From Thermoproteota archaeon (GTDB lineage: Archaea; Korarchaeota; JAOZGF01; JAOZFZ01): DNA of 64,000 nucleotides. The translations under genes were made by a program, and so were the position numbers. Below are positions 50,671 through 58,974 of the stretch, in pieces. Location of the stretch: assembly GCA_027492035.1 (NCBI GenBank), contig JAOZFT010000004.1, positions 96,001 to 160,000 of the forward strand, written 5' to 3'. Each line of letters begins with the position of its first letter. Position 1 is the stretch's first letter. The notes under the pieces are model-generated. The model saw nothing but the letters and a program-made list of their open reading frames with translations, was not told the DNA's origin and searched no databases.

Positions 50671-51780
50671 CTGAAAGTACTTTTTCTAGGTAGTTATTTC
50701 CCTAAACCAGCAGGTGCAGAGGTTTACTGCTTTGAGTTAAATAGGGAATTTTTAAGCATGGGAATCAAAACAGAAGTAATAACTTACAGCTACGCTAAAG
50801 GTGTGTATGGCGAGAAAGTAACTAGGTTGAAAACTTTAAATTACCCTTTCCTGCGCGGTTTCTCATTTATCATGTCCAGTTTTTCACATTTATTAAGAAG
50901 AAAAGATTTAGAGGTGAGAGATGCCGTTGTTAATGCACATTTTGCTCTTACATCTGGTTTTTCAGCATCCCTAGCTAGGTTTTTTAGGGATTTCCCTCTA
51001 TTGACAACATGTCACGGCTCTGATATTTATTTAGCGAGGAACGACATTAAATACCGGCGAGTTATGTCATTAGCTTTTCAGAGAACGGATAAAGTGATTA
51101 CAGTAAGTAATTTCTTGAGGAAAGAAATAACAAAAATGAAATTAACTAAGAAGAAACCTTTAGTGATCCATGGAGGGGTTAATAGGGAAAGGTTCAATGA
51201 AAAGATTTCTAGGAAGGAATCTAAACATAGACTTAAGCTTAATTTAAATAGGGAATACTTGCTTTTTATAGGAGGCTCGAGAGAAATAAAGGGGCTGAAG
51301 TTTTTGTTAGAAGCCTTTAACAGAATTATTTACAAGTATCCGAAAATTGATCTTTTAATAGTGGGGAGGATAAGGAAAGACAAATTAGTAAAGAGTCACA
51401 AAGAGAGAATTAAGGTTTTAGGAGTGCAACCCTATGAAAACATGCCCTATGTTTTTCGAAGTTCAAAAGCATATATCTCTGCTTCTTTATTTGAAGGTTT
51501 CGGGTTATCTGTGTTAGAGGCTTTAGCTTCTGGAGTACCTGTAGTTTCAACAAAGGTTGGAGGAGTTATGGAAGTTACTGGAAGCAAAACTGCTCTACTT
51601 ATTCCCCCCAGAGATTCTGCGGCGATATACGACGCCTGTGACGAAATAATTTCAAATAAAGATTTAAGAAAAGAATTAATTGAGAAGGGTGTGGAGAGAT
51701 CTAAACAGTTCCCTTGGAGCAAAACAGCAAACGAAACTTTGAAGACAATGGAGGAAATATTGAGGGATGGAAGAAGTTAA
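50671..51780 (+). CDS. Glycosyltransferase family 4 (probable CTG start)
   Basis: TCHGSDI, EGFGLSVLEALASG; ORF extends upstream to KVLFLGSYFPKPAGAE. Confidence 0.85.
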   Translation: MKVLFLGSYFPKPAGAEVYCFELNREFLSMGIKTEVITYSYAKGVYGEKVTRLKTLNYPFLRGFSFIMSSFSHLLRRKDLEVRDAVVNAHFALTSGFSASLARFFRDFPLLTTCHGSDIYLARNDIKYRRVMSLAFQRTDKVITVSNFLRKEITKMKLTKKKPLVIHGGVNRERFNEKISRKESKHRLKLNLNREYLLFIGGSREIKGLKFLLEAFNRIIYKYPKIDLLIVGRIRKDKLVKSHKERIKVLGVQPYENMPYVFRSSKAYISASLFEGFGLSVLEALASGVPVVSTKVGGVMEVTGSKTALLIPPRDSAAIYDACDEIISNKDLRKELIEKGVERSKQFPWSKTANETLKTMEEILRDGRS

Positions 51781-52138
51781 ACAGGTAATAGTGTTAAGAA
51801 CAGACTTAGAAATTAGTGCCGGAAAATTAATTGTCCAAGCTTGCCATGCTTCATGCTCTTCTTTACTAAAAGCCGAAAAAACTGAGATAATTGACAAATG
51901 GGTAAGGGAAGGAAGTAAAAAAGTTATTTTGCAGGTGAAAAGCGAAGAAGAACTTAAAAAACTTTACTTTAAAGCCTTAAGATTAGGCTTACCATGTTAT
52001 TTAGTACAAGATGCAGGACTAACTGAGTTGAAGCCTGGAACCATCACGGCTCTTGGAATAGGTCCAGAGTCTTCATCATTGATAGATAAGGTTACTGGCT
52101 CCATTCCCTTGCTTAAGGGGGAAATAGCCTTTGTTTAA
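51767..52138 (+). CDS. pth2: Peptidyl-tRNA hydrolase 2
   Basis: KQVIV.RTDL..S.GK...Q..HA, DAGLTE, GIGP. Confidence 0.95.
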   Translation: MEEVKQVIVLRTDLEISAGKLIVQACHASCSSLLKAEKTEIIDKWVREGSKKVILQVKSEEELKKLYFKALRLGLPCYLVQDAGLTELKPGTITALGIGPESSSLIDKVTGSIPLLKGEIAFV

Positions 52139-53336
52139 CGAATTACTAGGAAAGATAGGTATAAGATTTCGTAATTTTAGTATGAGTAAATTTAACGGTT
52201 CAATAAGGACATTGCCTGAAGACTTTGTTGTAGTAGAGGTAATGGAGAACATTGATTCATTAAGTAATACCAGCAAGTTTTTCTTACACTGCCTGCTCAA
52301 GAAAGAGGGAATTGATACATTTTCAGCCTTCCAAGCAATGTCGAGAAGGTTAAGAGTGAGAATTAGTGAGGTGGGGTTCTCTGGAACAAAGGACAAGAAA
52401 GCAATTACTTTTCAGAGAGTAAGTTTACCCAGCAGAGTCAACATCACCGCCTCTTTAACCTTATTACAAGGAAAAATCAAACTGTATCCCCTAGGTTTTT
52501 ATAAAATTAGGCTTTACCTAGGGATGCATAAGGGAAATTACTTTAAAATAAGAATCAGAGGTTTATCTGGCGTTTCTTACTGGGAAAAAACATTAAAAGA
52601 AATTGAGGGTAAGGGTGATGAGATCTACTTCCCAAATTTTTTCGGTAGCCAAAGATTTGGAGAAAGAGCACCTTTTAACCACGAGATAGGGAGATTAATT
52701 GTTAAAAAGAAATTCAAGGAAGCTGCCTTGCTTATAGCATCAAAATCACCATTTAAGGAACACTCTAATAATTTTGAAGCTACATATGAAGAGAAAGTGA
52801 AAAAGTATTTAGAAAACAACCCCACTAATTACTTGAATGCCTTAAAAAGGGTTCCTTTGTTCATATTAAAATTTTTTGTGGCTGCTTACCAATCATATCT
52901 CTTTAATTTGCTTCTTTCAAAGAGAATTGAAATGAGCTACCCCTACAACAGGCCATTAATAGGCGACTTGGTTTTCTCGAAAAAAAAGAACTCATTTCTT
53001 TTTTATTCACCCGCTCAAACAGTAAATGAAACTGAAAAAGGTAATTATGACGTTTATTTGCCTTTACCTGGTTATATGTTGAAATTTCGCAGCGGGAAAA
53101 GTTGGAAACTATTAAAAGAAATTTTTCAAGAAGAGGAAATTTCCCCAGAAGATTTCTTTGTAAAACAGATCCCTCAAATCAGTGCAGCAGGAGGATTTAG
53201 GCCATCAAGTTCTGGTGCAAAAAATTTCCATTACAAGCTAGACAAAGAGCAGAGAAGGGTCATTTTGAATTTTTTCTTACCTAAAGGGAGTTACGCAACA
53301 GTGTTTCTTAAATTCTTCATGACAGGCAATTTTTAG
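52131..53336 (+). CDS. truD: tRNA pseudouridine(13) synthase TruD
   Basis: PEDFVV.E, GTKDK.A.T.Q, NFFG.QRFG, AYQSYLFN, LPKGSYAT. Confidence 0.93.
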   Translation: MFNELLGKIGIRFRNFSMSKFNGSIRTLPEDFVVVEVMENIDSLSNTSKFFLHCLLKKEGIDTFSAFQAMSRRLRVRISEVGFSGTKDKKAITFQRVSLPSRVNITASLTLLQGKIKLYPLGFYKIRLYLGMHKGNYFKIRIRGLSGVSYWEKTLKEIEGKGDEIYFPNFFGSQRFGERAPFNHEIGRLIVKKKFKEAALLIASKSPFKEHSNNFEATYEEKVKKYLENNPTNYLNALKRVPLFILKFFVAAYQSYLFNLLLSKRIEMSYPYNRPLIGDLVFSKKKNSFLFYSPAQTVNETEKGNYDVYLPLPGYMLKFRSGKSWKLLKEIFQEEEISPEDFFVKQIPQISAAGGFRPSSSGAKNFHYKLDKEQRRVILNFFLPKGSYATVFLKFFMTGNF

Positions 53337-53349
53337 CTGTTAACAGGGG

Positions 53350-53898
53350 TCAGGGGGATAATTCAACATAGCTTACTCCAGTAATTTCTTTTATTAAGTC
53401 TTCATAAACTTCTTTCTCTTTTTTTATTTTGTTAAAATCTCTTTTGTCAATCTTAATTGTTAGAACTACAAAGTCGCCCGGGTAATATACGGTGTTAAAG
53501 TTTATGATGGGTATGGGTAAAAGTTCCCTAATCATTTCATTTTCATCTTTCGAGTACTCTAAAACTCTTATTTTGCGATTCAATGTTTTTTCCAGTTTCT
53601 TAATAAGTTTAAAACCCCCATGTGAGAAGAAATCCCCCAAGCTTCCCTTACCAAAAATTAAAACAAGTAAACCGTTTTTTTCAATCGATTTTTCGAAAGA
53701 AAGGTTATTGATCCCTGTTTCTTTCCCAAAAAAGTTTAAGATTTCTTTGCAGACTATTAAATCTGTGGTGGAGTATTTACCGCTTTCTATTTTCTGTTCA
53801 CAGACACCGCAAAGCACGCCTGTTTTTATACATGTCTTGCAAAAGGGAAGCTTAATTTGTTTCAAAACAGGAACCTCCTTAACCCTCCTTCTTTCCAC
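53350..53898 (-). CDS. NusA-like KH domain protein with N-terminal Cys motif
   Basis: PFCKTC.KTG.LC..C, IG-like KH loop, KKLEK.LNRKIRVLE. Confidence 0.75.
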   Translation of the reverse strand: MERRRVKEVPVLKQIKLPFCKTCIKTGVLCGVCEQKIESGKYSTTDLIVCKEILNFFGKETGINNLSFEKSIEKNGLLVLIFGKGSLGDFFSHGGFKLIKKLEKTLNRKIRVLEYSKDENEMIRELLPIPIINFNTVYYPGDFVVLTIKIDKRDFNKIKKEKEVYEDLIKEITGVSYVELSP

Positions 53899-54169
53899 CA
53901 GCCCTTTTTCTTTTCCTTCCTTTATTTTTTACCTGTACTTCTTCATTACCTTCTTTATTTCCCAAACCTTCTTTTGTTAGAAGGCTGAAAAATCTGTAGC
54001 CCCCATGCATTGTTTCTTTTACTACTTCCTTCTCTTTAAGAGCTTCTAAGGCTTTAATTATCTGCTCAGGTTCTCCCGGCACTCTTTGAATTATTTTTCT
54101 TAAATGAATAACCTTCTTTTTCTTAATTAAGGAAACAAGTATTTGCTCAAGATCCTCTTGATTAGACAT
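53879..54169 (-). CDS. Small winged-helix hypothetical protein
   Basis: AGGTG SD, wHTH-like pattern. Confidence 0.55.
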   Translation of the reverse strand: MSNQEDLEQILVSLIKKKKVIHLRKIIQRVPGEPEQIIKALEALKEKEVVKETMHGGYRFFSLLTKEGLGNKEGNEEVQVKNKGRKRKRAGGKKEG

Positions 54170-54330
54170 TGCGACACCTGTTCAGAAGGTTGTGAGTATT
54201 AAAAATGTGGAGCAAATATATAAAGGTTTTCACACAGGTGATTGGTAAAGTGAAGAAACGAAAAATTTTTATTGGCATGGAAATAGAACACAAAAGAACT
54301 ATATTTAAAGTAAAAAGGGGTTGAAAGAGT

Positions 54331-54495
54331 ATGAGTCGAGTTGAAAGTGAAGATTTATCGGTAGCTTATAGTCATTTATTAAACTATAAAATTTGCAGGA
54401 AATGTGGAAGCAGAAATCCCCCAAGAGCAACTAAGTGTAGGAGATGTAAAAGCAAAAATTTAAGGATGAAAAAGAGATATGTTAAGAAGAAGTAA
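54331..54495 (+). CDS. rpl40e: 50S ribosomal protein L40e (not in ORF track)
   Basis: KICRKCGSRNPPRATKCRRCKSKNLRMKK. Confidence 0.95.
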   Translation: MSRVESEDLSVAYSHLLNYKICRKCGSRNPPRATKCRRCKSKNLRMKKRYVKKK

Positions 54496-54501
54496 ATTAA
54501 A

Positions 54502-54592
54502 TGGGCCGGGTGGGATTCGAACCCACGACCTCCGCCTTTTTCCAAGGAACAAAACGTGAAGGCGACGTCATAACCATCTAGACCACCGGCCC
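54502..54592 (-). tRNA. tRNA-Val(CAC) with 17-nt intron at 37/38 (54538-54554)
   Basis: GGGCCGG...TCGCC TT CAC G[TTTTGTTCCTTGGAAAA]A GGCGG...GGTTCGAATCC...CCGGCCCA. Confidence 0.9.
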
Positions 54593-54724
54593 ATTAAGGT
54601 GGTTCTGAATTTTTGTAAAGAAAAGTTAAGTTACAATTTAAAAGCTTTTTTAGTTGGAATATAAATATAGTATTTTTTTACCTTTAATTTTGGGTTAAGA
54701 ACTTGTTCGGGGCTGATTAATAAA

Positions 54725-55021
54725 ATGGAGATATATGCACATAAACTGAAAGATAAACCTATACTTAGTGATCTAGGCTATGAAATAGGATATATTAGGG
54801 ATTTAATATTGGATGAAAGAACTGGCAAGGTTTTATTTTATCTCTGCATTCCTCCTGACGTTGAATTGGCAGAGATGCCGGAAACTGTAAGGAATTTGCC
54901 TAAAGACAAAGAGGGAAGAATTTTAGTACCAGCCCACTCCGTAAAAAGTATAGGCACAGTTGTTGTAGCTCAGGATAGGCTGTTAAAGCTTTTCATCATG
55001 AAACAAAGCAGAAAAATTTAA
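54725..55021 (+). CDS. PRC-barrel domain protein
   Basis: L..K.I....G..IG.I.DL.LDE.TG.V, VP...VK.IG..VV. Confidence 0.82.
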   Translation: MEIYAHKLKDKPILSDLGYEIGYIRDLILDERTGKVLFYLCIPPDVELAEMPETVRNLPKDKEGRILVPAHSVKSIGTVVVAQDRLLKLFIMKQSRKI

Positions 55022-55072
55022 TTAAATTTAGTATTTATAATATTTTCTTTATATACAGAGGAAACAGTAAAG

Positions 55073-55840
55073 ATGAATAGAAAACTTGAAGCTCAGTATT
55101 GTGAGGAAGAGGGAGCAATAATTAAATATTTAGCGAAGATTCCTAGATCAAAAAATTCTTTTGTAGTGATGGGAGTGCCAAGTTTATTTGATCTTGGAGC
55201 CAACACTGTCCGCTTCTTAGTTGACACCTTTGAAGCTGAAGAAGTAGCTGAGATATATTTTCACGGTTTTGCTAGTTTTGTCTCGGTTATGCCAGACGGC
55301 ACTGTTTTCATTCCCCACATGAACCTTTACCACAAGGAAATGAATGGAAACAAGCATCTCTTCTTCTTGTTTGGGAGTGGAGTGCTAGAAAACCAGGATT
55401 TCTATGATTTCTCAAAAGTTATTTTAAAACTTTTAAAAGAAATAAAACCGAAATTAACAATTGTACTAGGAGGCGTAAAAGGTTTAACCACAAAAATGGA
55501 AATTTCAGGAGCTGCTTCAGATAAAGGATCTTTCCGTTTGCTTACCCAAAAAAATGTGAAACCAATGAAGGGAAGATTTGCAGGGGTGGAGGGACATATT
55601 TTAACTTTGTCAGGTGAAGAAAAGATAAACTCCATTGTTTTATCCTTAAATTACCAGCCTGATAGAGAAATAGAAGCAATGAAAAAATTAATCTCAACTT
55701 TAACTGAATTCATCGGAGTAGAAATTAATTTAAGGAAGTTAGATGAGTTAGGTAGAAAAGCTAAGGATATGAGTGAGAAATTTTCTGAAATAATAAACCA
55801 GGTTTACCTCAAAAAGGAAAGGGGGATGGAGGTAATTTAA
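55073..55840 (+). CDS. PAC2/ATP-grasp-like proteasome assembly chaperone family protein
   Basis: G.P....G, IVLGG, G..G.I, PD; C-terminal helix. Confidence 0.7.
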   Translation: MNRKLEAQYCEEEGAIIKYLAKIPRSKNSFVVMGVPSLFDLGANTVRFLVDTFEAEEVAEIYFHGFASFVSVMPDGTVFIPHMNLYHKEMNGNKHLFFLFGSGVLENQDFYDFSKVILKLLKEIKPKLTIVLGGVKGLTTKMEISGAASDKGSFRLLTQKNVKPMKGRFAGVEGHILTLSGEEKINSIVLSLNYQPDREIEAMKKLISTLTEFIGVEINLRKLDELGRKAKDMSEKFSEIINQVYLKKERGMEVI

Positions 55841-56253
55841 GACTGATTTCCTTTCACAATTTTTTCATATATTGCTCTCACTCTATCAGCTACAGGCCCT
55901 GAGCCTTCAACTCCGTTTTTTGTGACTTTTATCCTTTTCATCACTAGGATAACTCCTGCTTCTTCATACAATTCAACCATGTTTGGGAACTGCTTTTCCA
56001 TTTCTTCAGCAATTTTTTTGAGGTCAATAGCTCCTTCCTCCCTTAAGATTTCTAGAATGTTGCCGCCAGAAATAAATATTCTGTGATATTTCCGGTCCTT
56101 TGTTTTAACATTAGCTAAGCATATACTGAAAGTGTCGGAGTCATATCCTAGGAGAGTACCAGTATATTCTCCATCTTTAGTTTTAACCGTTACAACTGAA
56201 TCTAATAGTTTAATTAATTCAGAATTGAACCTTCTTTCCGGAATACTACTCAT
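55837..56253 (-). CDS. Extended Lsm protein (SmAP3-type)
   Basis: Sm fold (YTGTLLGYD, I.G.NI..I) plus C-domain FPNMV...GVEGSG..A.RV. Confidence 0.85.
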   Translation of the reverse strand: MSSIPERRFNSELIKLLDSVVTVKTKDGEYTGTLLGYDSDTFSICLANVKTKDRKYHRIFISGGNILEILREEGAIDLKKIAEEMEKQFPNMVELYEEAGVILVMKRIKVTKNGVEGSGPVADRVRAIYEKIVKGNQS

Positions 56254-56275
56254 TCAGAATCAATCCTCTCTTTAT

Positions 56276-57238
56276 TTATTCAGCATCTCTAACACCTTCC
56301 TCAGTGATTTTAAAAAGTGTTTCTGAGGAGGGGAGGATGGGGCTGTCAACTATCTTTGCAGCCCTTAAATTTTCTTTTCTTTTAGTTAAGAAGACCCTGG
56401 TGGTTACGGTATGTGCAACAATATTTCCGCCGGCAGGTATTAAGGGATTACCGTAAAAAACGTCGGGTCTAGCGATTACTTGGTTTGTTACAACTACTGC
56501 ACAATCATAGATATCGCTTAATCTTAAAAGGTCATGAAGGTGCTTATTAAGTTTCTGTTGCCTTTTCACTAGGCTTTCTCTTCCAGGGAATTCACTCCTG
56601 AAATGGGAAACTATTGAGTCAATAATGACTAGTTTTATGTTTGAAGAGGTTATGACTTCATCCAGATTTTTAACTAAGAAAAGCTGGTGATCTGTGCTGT
56701 AGGCCCTGCCATATATTATATTGGACAAGGTCTTCTCTGGGTCTAAGTTTAGACTGAGAGCCATTTGTTCGATTCTTTCGGGTCTAAAAGTGCCTTCTGT
56801 GTCAATATACACTGCTCCAGCGTTTAAGCCACCCTTGTCTTGCGGTAGTTGAACAGTGACTGAAAGTTGATGACAAATCTGAGTTTTGCCTGTAGCATAT
56901 TCTCCAAAGAATTCGGTAATGCCCCTAGTTTCTATACCCCCTCCTAAAATGTTGTCTAAGTTACTGGAACCAGTGGTTATCTTATAAATTACCCTTCTTT
57001 TATCTAGAAGCTCTTTTGCAGTCATAAATTGTATTTTCAAAAGAGATTGTGCAGCTTTTATTATTTTTCTCGCTGTTGATTCACCTATTTCCACAGATGC
57101 AGCTAGTTCAGCTGCTGTGGCAACAGCTATTGATTCAATAGTGGAAAAACCACTTTCCCTAAGTTTATTAGCGATAGCAGGGCCAACTCCCTTTATTTTT
57201 TCGATTTCAGAACTTATATTCTCCTCTTCTTCCTCCAA
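56276..57238 (-). CDS. radA: DNA repair and recombination protein RadA
   Basis: HhH GVGP, GEYATGKTQ, IDTEGTFRPERI, HFRSEFPGRE.L..RQQKL, TNQV; start placed at TTG 57238. Confidence 0.95.
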   Translation of the reverse strand: MEEEEENISSEIEKIKGVGPAIANKLRESGFSTIESIAVATAAELAASVEIGESTARKIIKAAQSLLKIQFMTAKELLDKRRVIYKITTGSSNLDNILGGGIETRGITEFFGEYATGKTQICHQLSVTVQLPQDKGGLNAGAVYIDTEGTFRPERIEQMALSLNLDPEKTLSNIIYGRAYSTDHQLFLVKNLDEVITSSNIKLVIIDSIVSHFRSEFPGRESLVKRQQKLNKHLHDLLRLSDIYDCAVVVTNQVIARPDVFYGNPLIPAGGNIVAHTVTTRVFLTKRKENLRAAKIVDSPILPSSETLFKITEEGVRDAE

Positions 57239-57239
57239 T

Positions 57240-58394
57240 TTAACCAAGCACCTCAATTCTTCTTCTATTTATTTGTTCAACTATGTCAGGGTTTATTCTG
57301 TACATTCTTCCCTTTCTATGGATAATATCCATATCCGCCAGTTCCTCTATTCGGAAAAATTCTTTCTCTAGAGGGATACCCATAACTACTGCTGCTTGTT
57401 CCAATGTGAATTGTTCATTTTGGAAAGTGTTAAAGAGGAGTCTAAGTTCCCTTTTAAGCGTGTAGGGCAAGTCCCCCAATTCTTCTATAGGCTCTTCCAG
57501 GTAAAGGAATGCGTTAAAAATTTCTTCAGTGACTTTTACTATCCTCTTCCTCAAAGCTATTTCTATACATAAATTAAGAACCCTCATCAGTTCTAAAGGT
57601 ATCCCTTTCGAGAAATTGTTTGCCCTCTCTATTATTTCCTCATTAAAAGGGAACAATGCATCCCCTGTAGGGTGGATACGAAGTCTAGCTAACCTTTTCT
57701 GCGTAAAGGCCAGTGCTTCATCAACGTTGAATGGATTTACCTCCATAAATGTGTGAATTCTGGAAGTAAAGGCTGAATAATCTCTCTCAAGCAGCTCATA
57801 TGCTTGGGGGGTAACTGCTAAAACAAATAAAACTCCTTCAGGCATGCTGCTCACTAAATGCCTTAACATTTCTATTAAATAAAACCTCCACTCAGCTGAA
57901 GAGAAATATATGTTTTGCAAGTCATCTATGAGGATGGCAGCTGGGAAATTCGTTTTAAAAGAATTGATTACTATTTCAGCTGCGTCTGTAGGGGATAAGC
58001 TACCGTCACTTAGCCCTTCAACCTTTGCATAAATTGGAAACCCTAATTTCCTCTTTAGTCTGGAAACAAAACTTTTTTCAGCGTTTATAGATTCAATTAA
58101 TACTTTCCTTATTAAGTTACTTACTACACCAGGTTCCGCTTTATTAAATGAACAAAAGGCCTCCCTTACAGTGAAGAAGTTCCTAATTCTCATTAACCTG
58201 GTGGTTTTCCCGAATCCTTTCTCCCCAATTAAAAGGATTAAACCTGACCCTTCCATAGCGGCAGATTCGTTTACTATTTCATCTAAGACATAATCCCCTC
58301 TAGTCTTGACAAAAACCGATTCTACATCAGGAAACCAAAGTTCACTTATTTCTTCAAATGGGTTCCCTTTTAAATTAAGATCAGCTAGTGACAT
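57240..58394 (-). CDS. AAA+/P-loop ATPase (ExeA/Cdc6-like) with C-terminal wHTH
   Basis: L..NPF N-terminus, GEKGFGKT, ILIDD, SR finger, G.P lid. Confidence 0.72.
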   Translation of the reverse strand: MSLADLNLKGNPFEEISELWFPDVESVFVKTRGDYVLDEIVNESAAMEGSGLILLIGEKGFGKTTRLMRIRNFFTVREAFCSFNKAEPGVVSNLIRKVLIESINAEKSFVSRLKRKLGFPIYAKVEGLSDGSLSPTDAAEIVINSFKTNFPAAILIDDLQNIYFSSAEWRFYLIEMLRHLVSSMPEGVLFVLAVTPQAYELLERDYSAFTSRIHTFMEVNPFNVDEALAFTQKRLARLRIHPTGDALFPFNEEIIERANNFSKGIPLELMRVLNLCIEIALRKRIVKVTEEIFNAFLYLEEPIEELGDLPYTLKRELRLLFNTFQNEQFTLEQAAVVMGIPLEKEFFRIEELADMDIIHRKGRMYRINPDIVEQINRRRIEVLG

Positions 58395-58665
58395 AGTTTT
58401 TTGAACCTCGAATCTCTTTTTAATATTTAGAGTGAGGGTTTACAGGTTTGAAAACATCTTCTTAAACCCTTTAAGATTTAAAAAGGAGTTCCAATTTTTT
58501 AAAAGGAGGGAAGGAGTAAATTACTCTTTACTTAAGTTTAAGATTTTTAAAAATTAAAGTCTTTCCTTTAACTTGAAAAACGAACAAAGAAAGGAAAAGT
58601 TAAAGAAAAGAATCTTTAAAAATAAAATTCTCATTTCCAAGTGAAACTTCAGGTGAAAATTTATA

Positions 58666-58872
58666 ATGAAACCGAATTTTAGAAAGAGAAGCAATGCAGT
58701 TGTAATATCAGTTTCCATGCCTTTAAAATATGTGAAAGCCATAGACGCTTTAGTAAACGAAAAAATTTATTATTCAAGAAGTGATTTAGTGAGGGATGCT
58801 TTAAGGAATTTCTTTATTTCTAAATTTCCTGATTTGCTTGGGAAACAGGAAAAAACTTTTCCAGAAGAGTAA
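58666..58872 (+). CDS. Ribbon-helix-helix (CopG/Arc) regulator
   Basis: ISVSMP....AID.LV....Y.SRSDLVRDALR. Confidence 0.85.
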   Translation: MKPNFRKRSNAVVISVSMPLKYVKAIDALVNEKIYYSRSDLVRDALRNFFISKFPDLLGKQEKTFPEE

Positions 58873-58974
58873 ATAACGGCGACCCTTAATGCAAATATTT
58901 AAATTAAAAGGAGGCTGCACTTTTAGGATACTGAAAGAAAAAATTACGAAAATACATTATATGCAGGTGCTTAT

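Noticed and set aside
54250-54324. 24-codon ORF with AGGTGA SD upstream of rpl40e
   Set aside because: Overlaps the probable rpl40e TATA box and shows no recognisable homology
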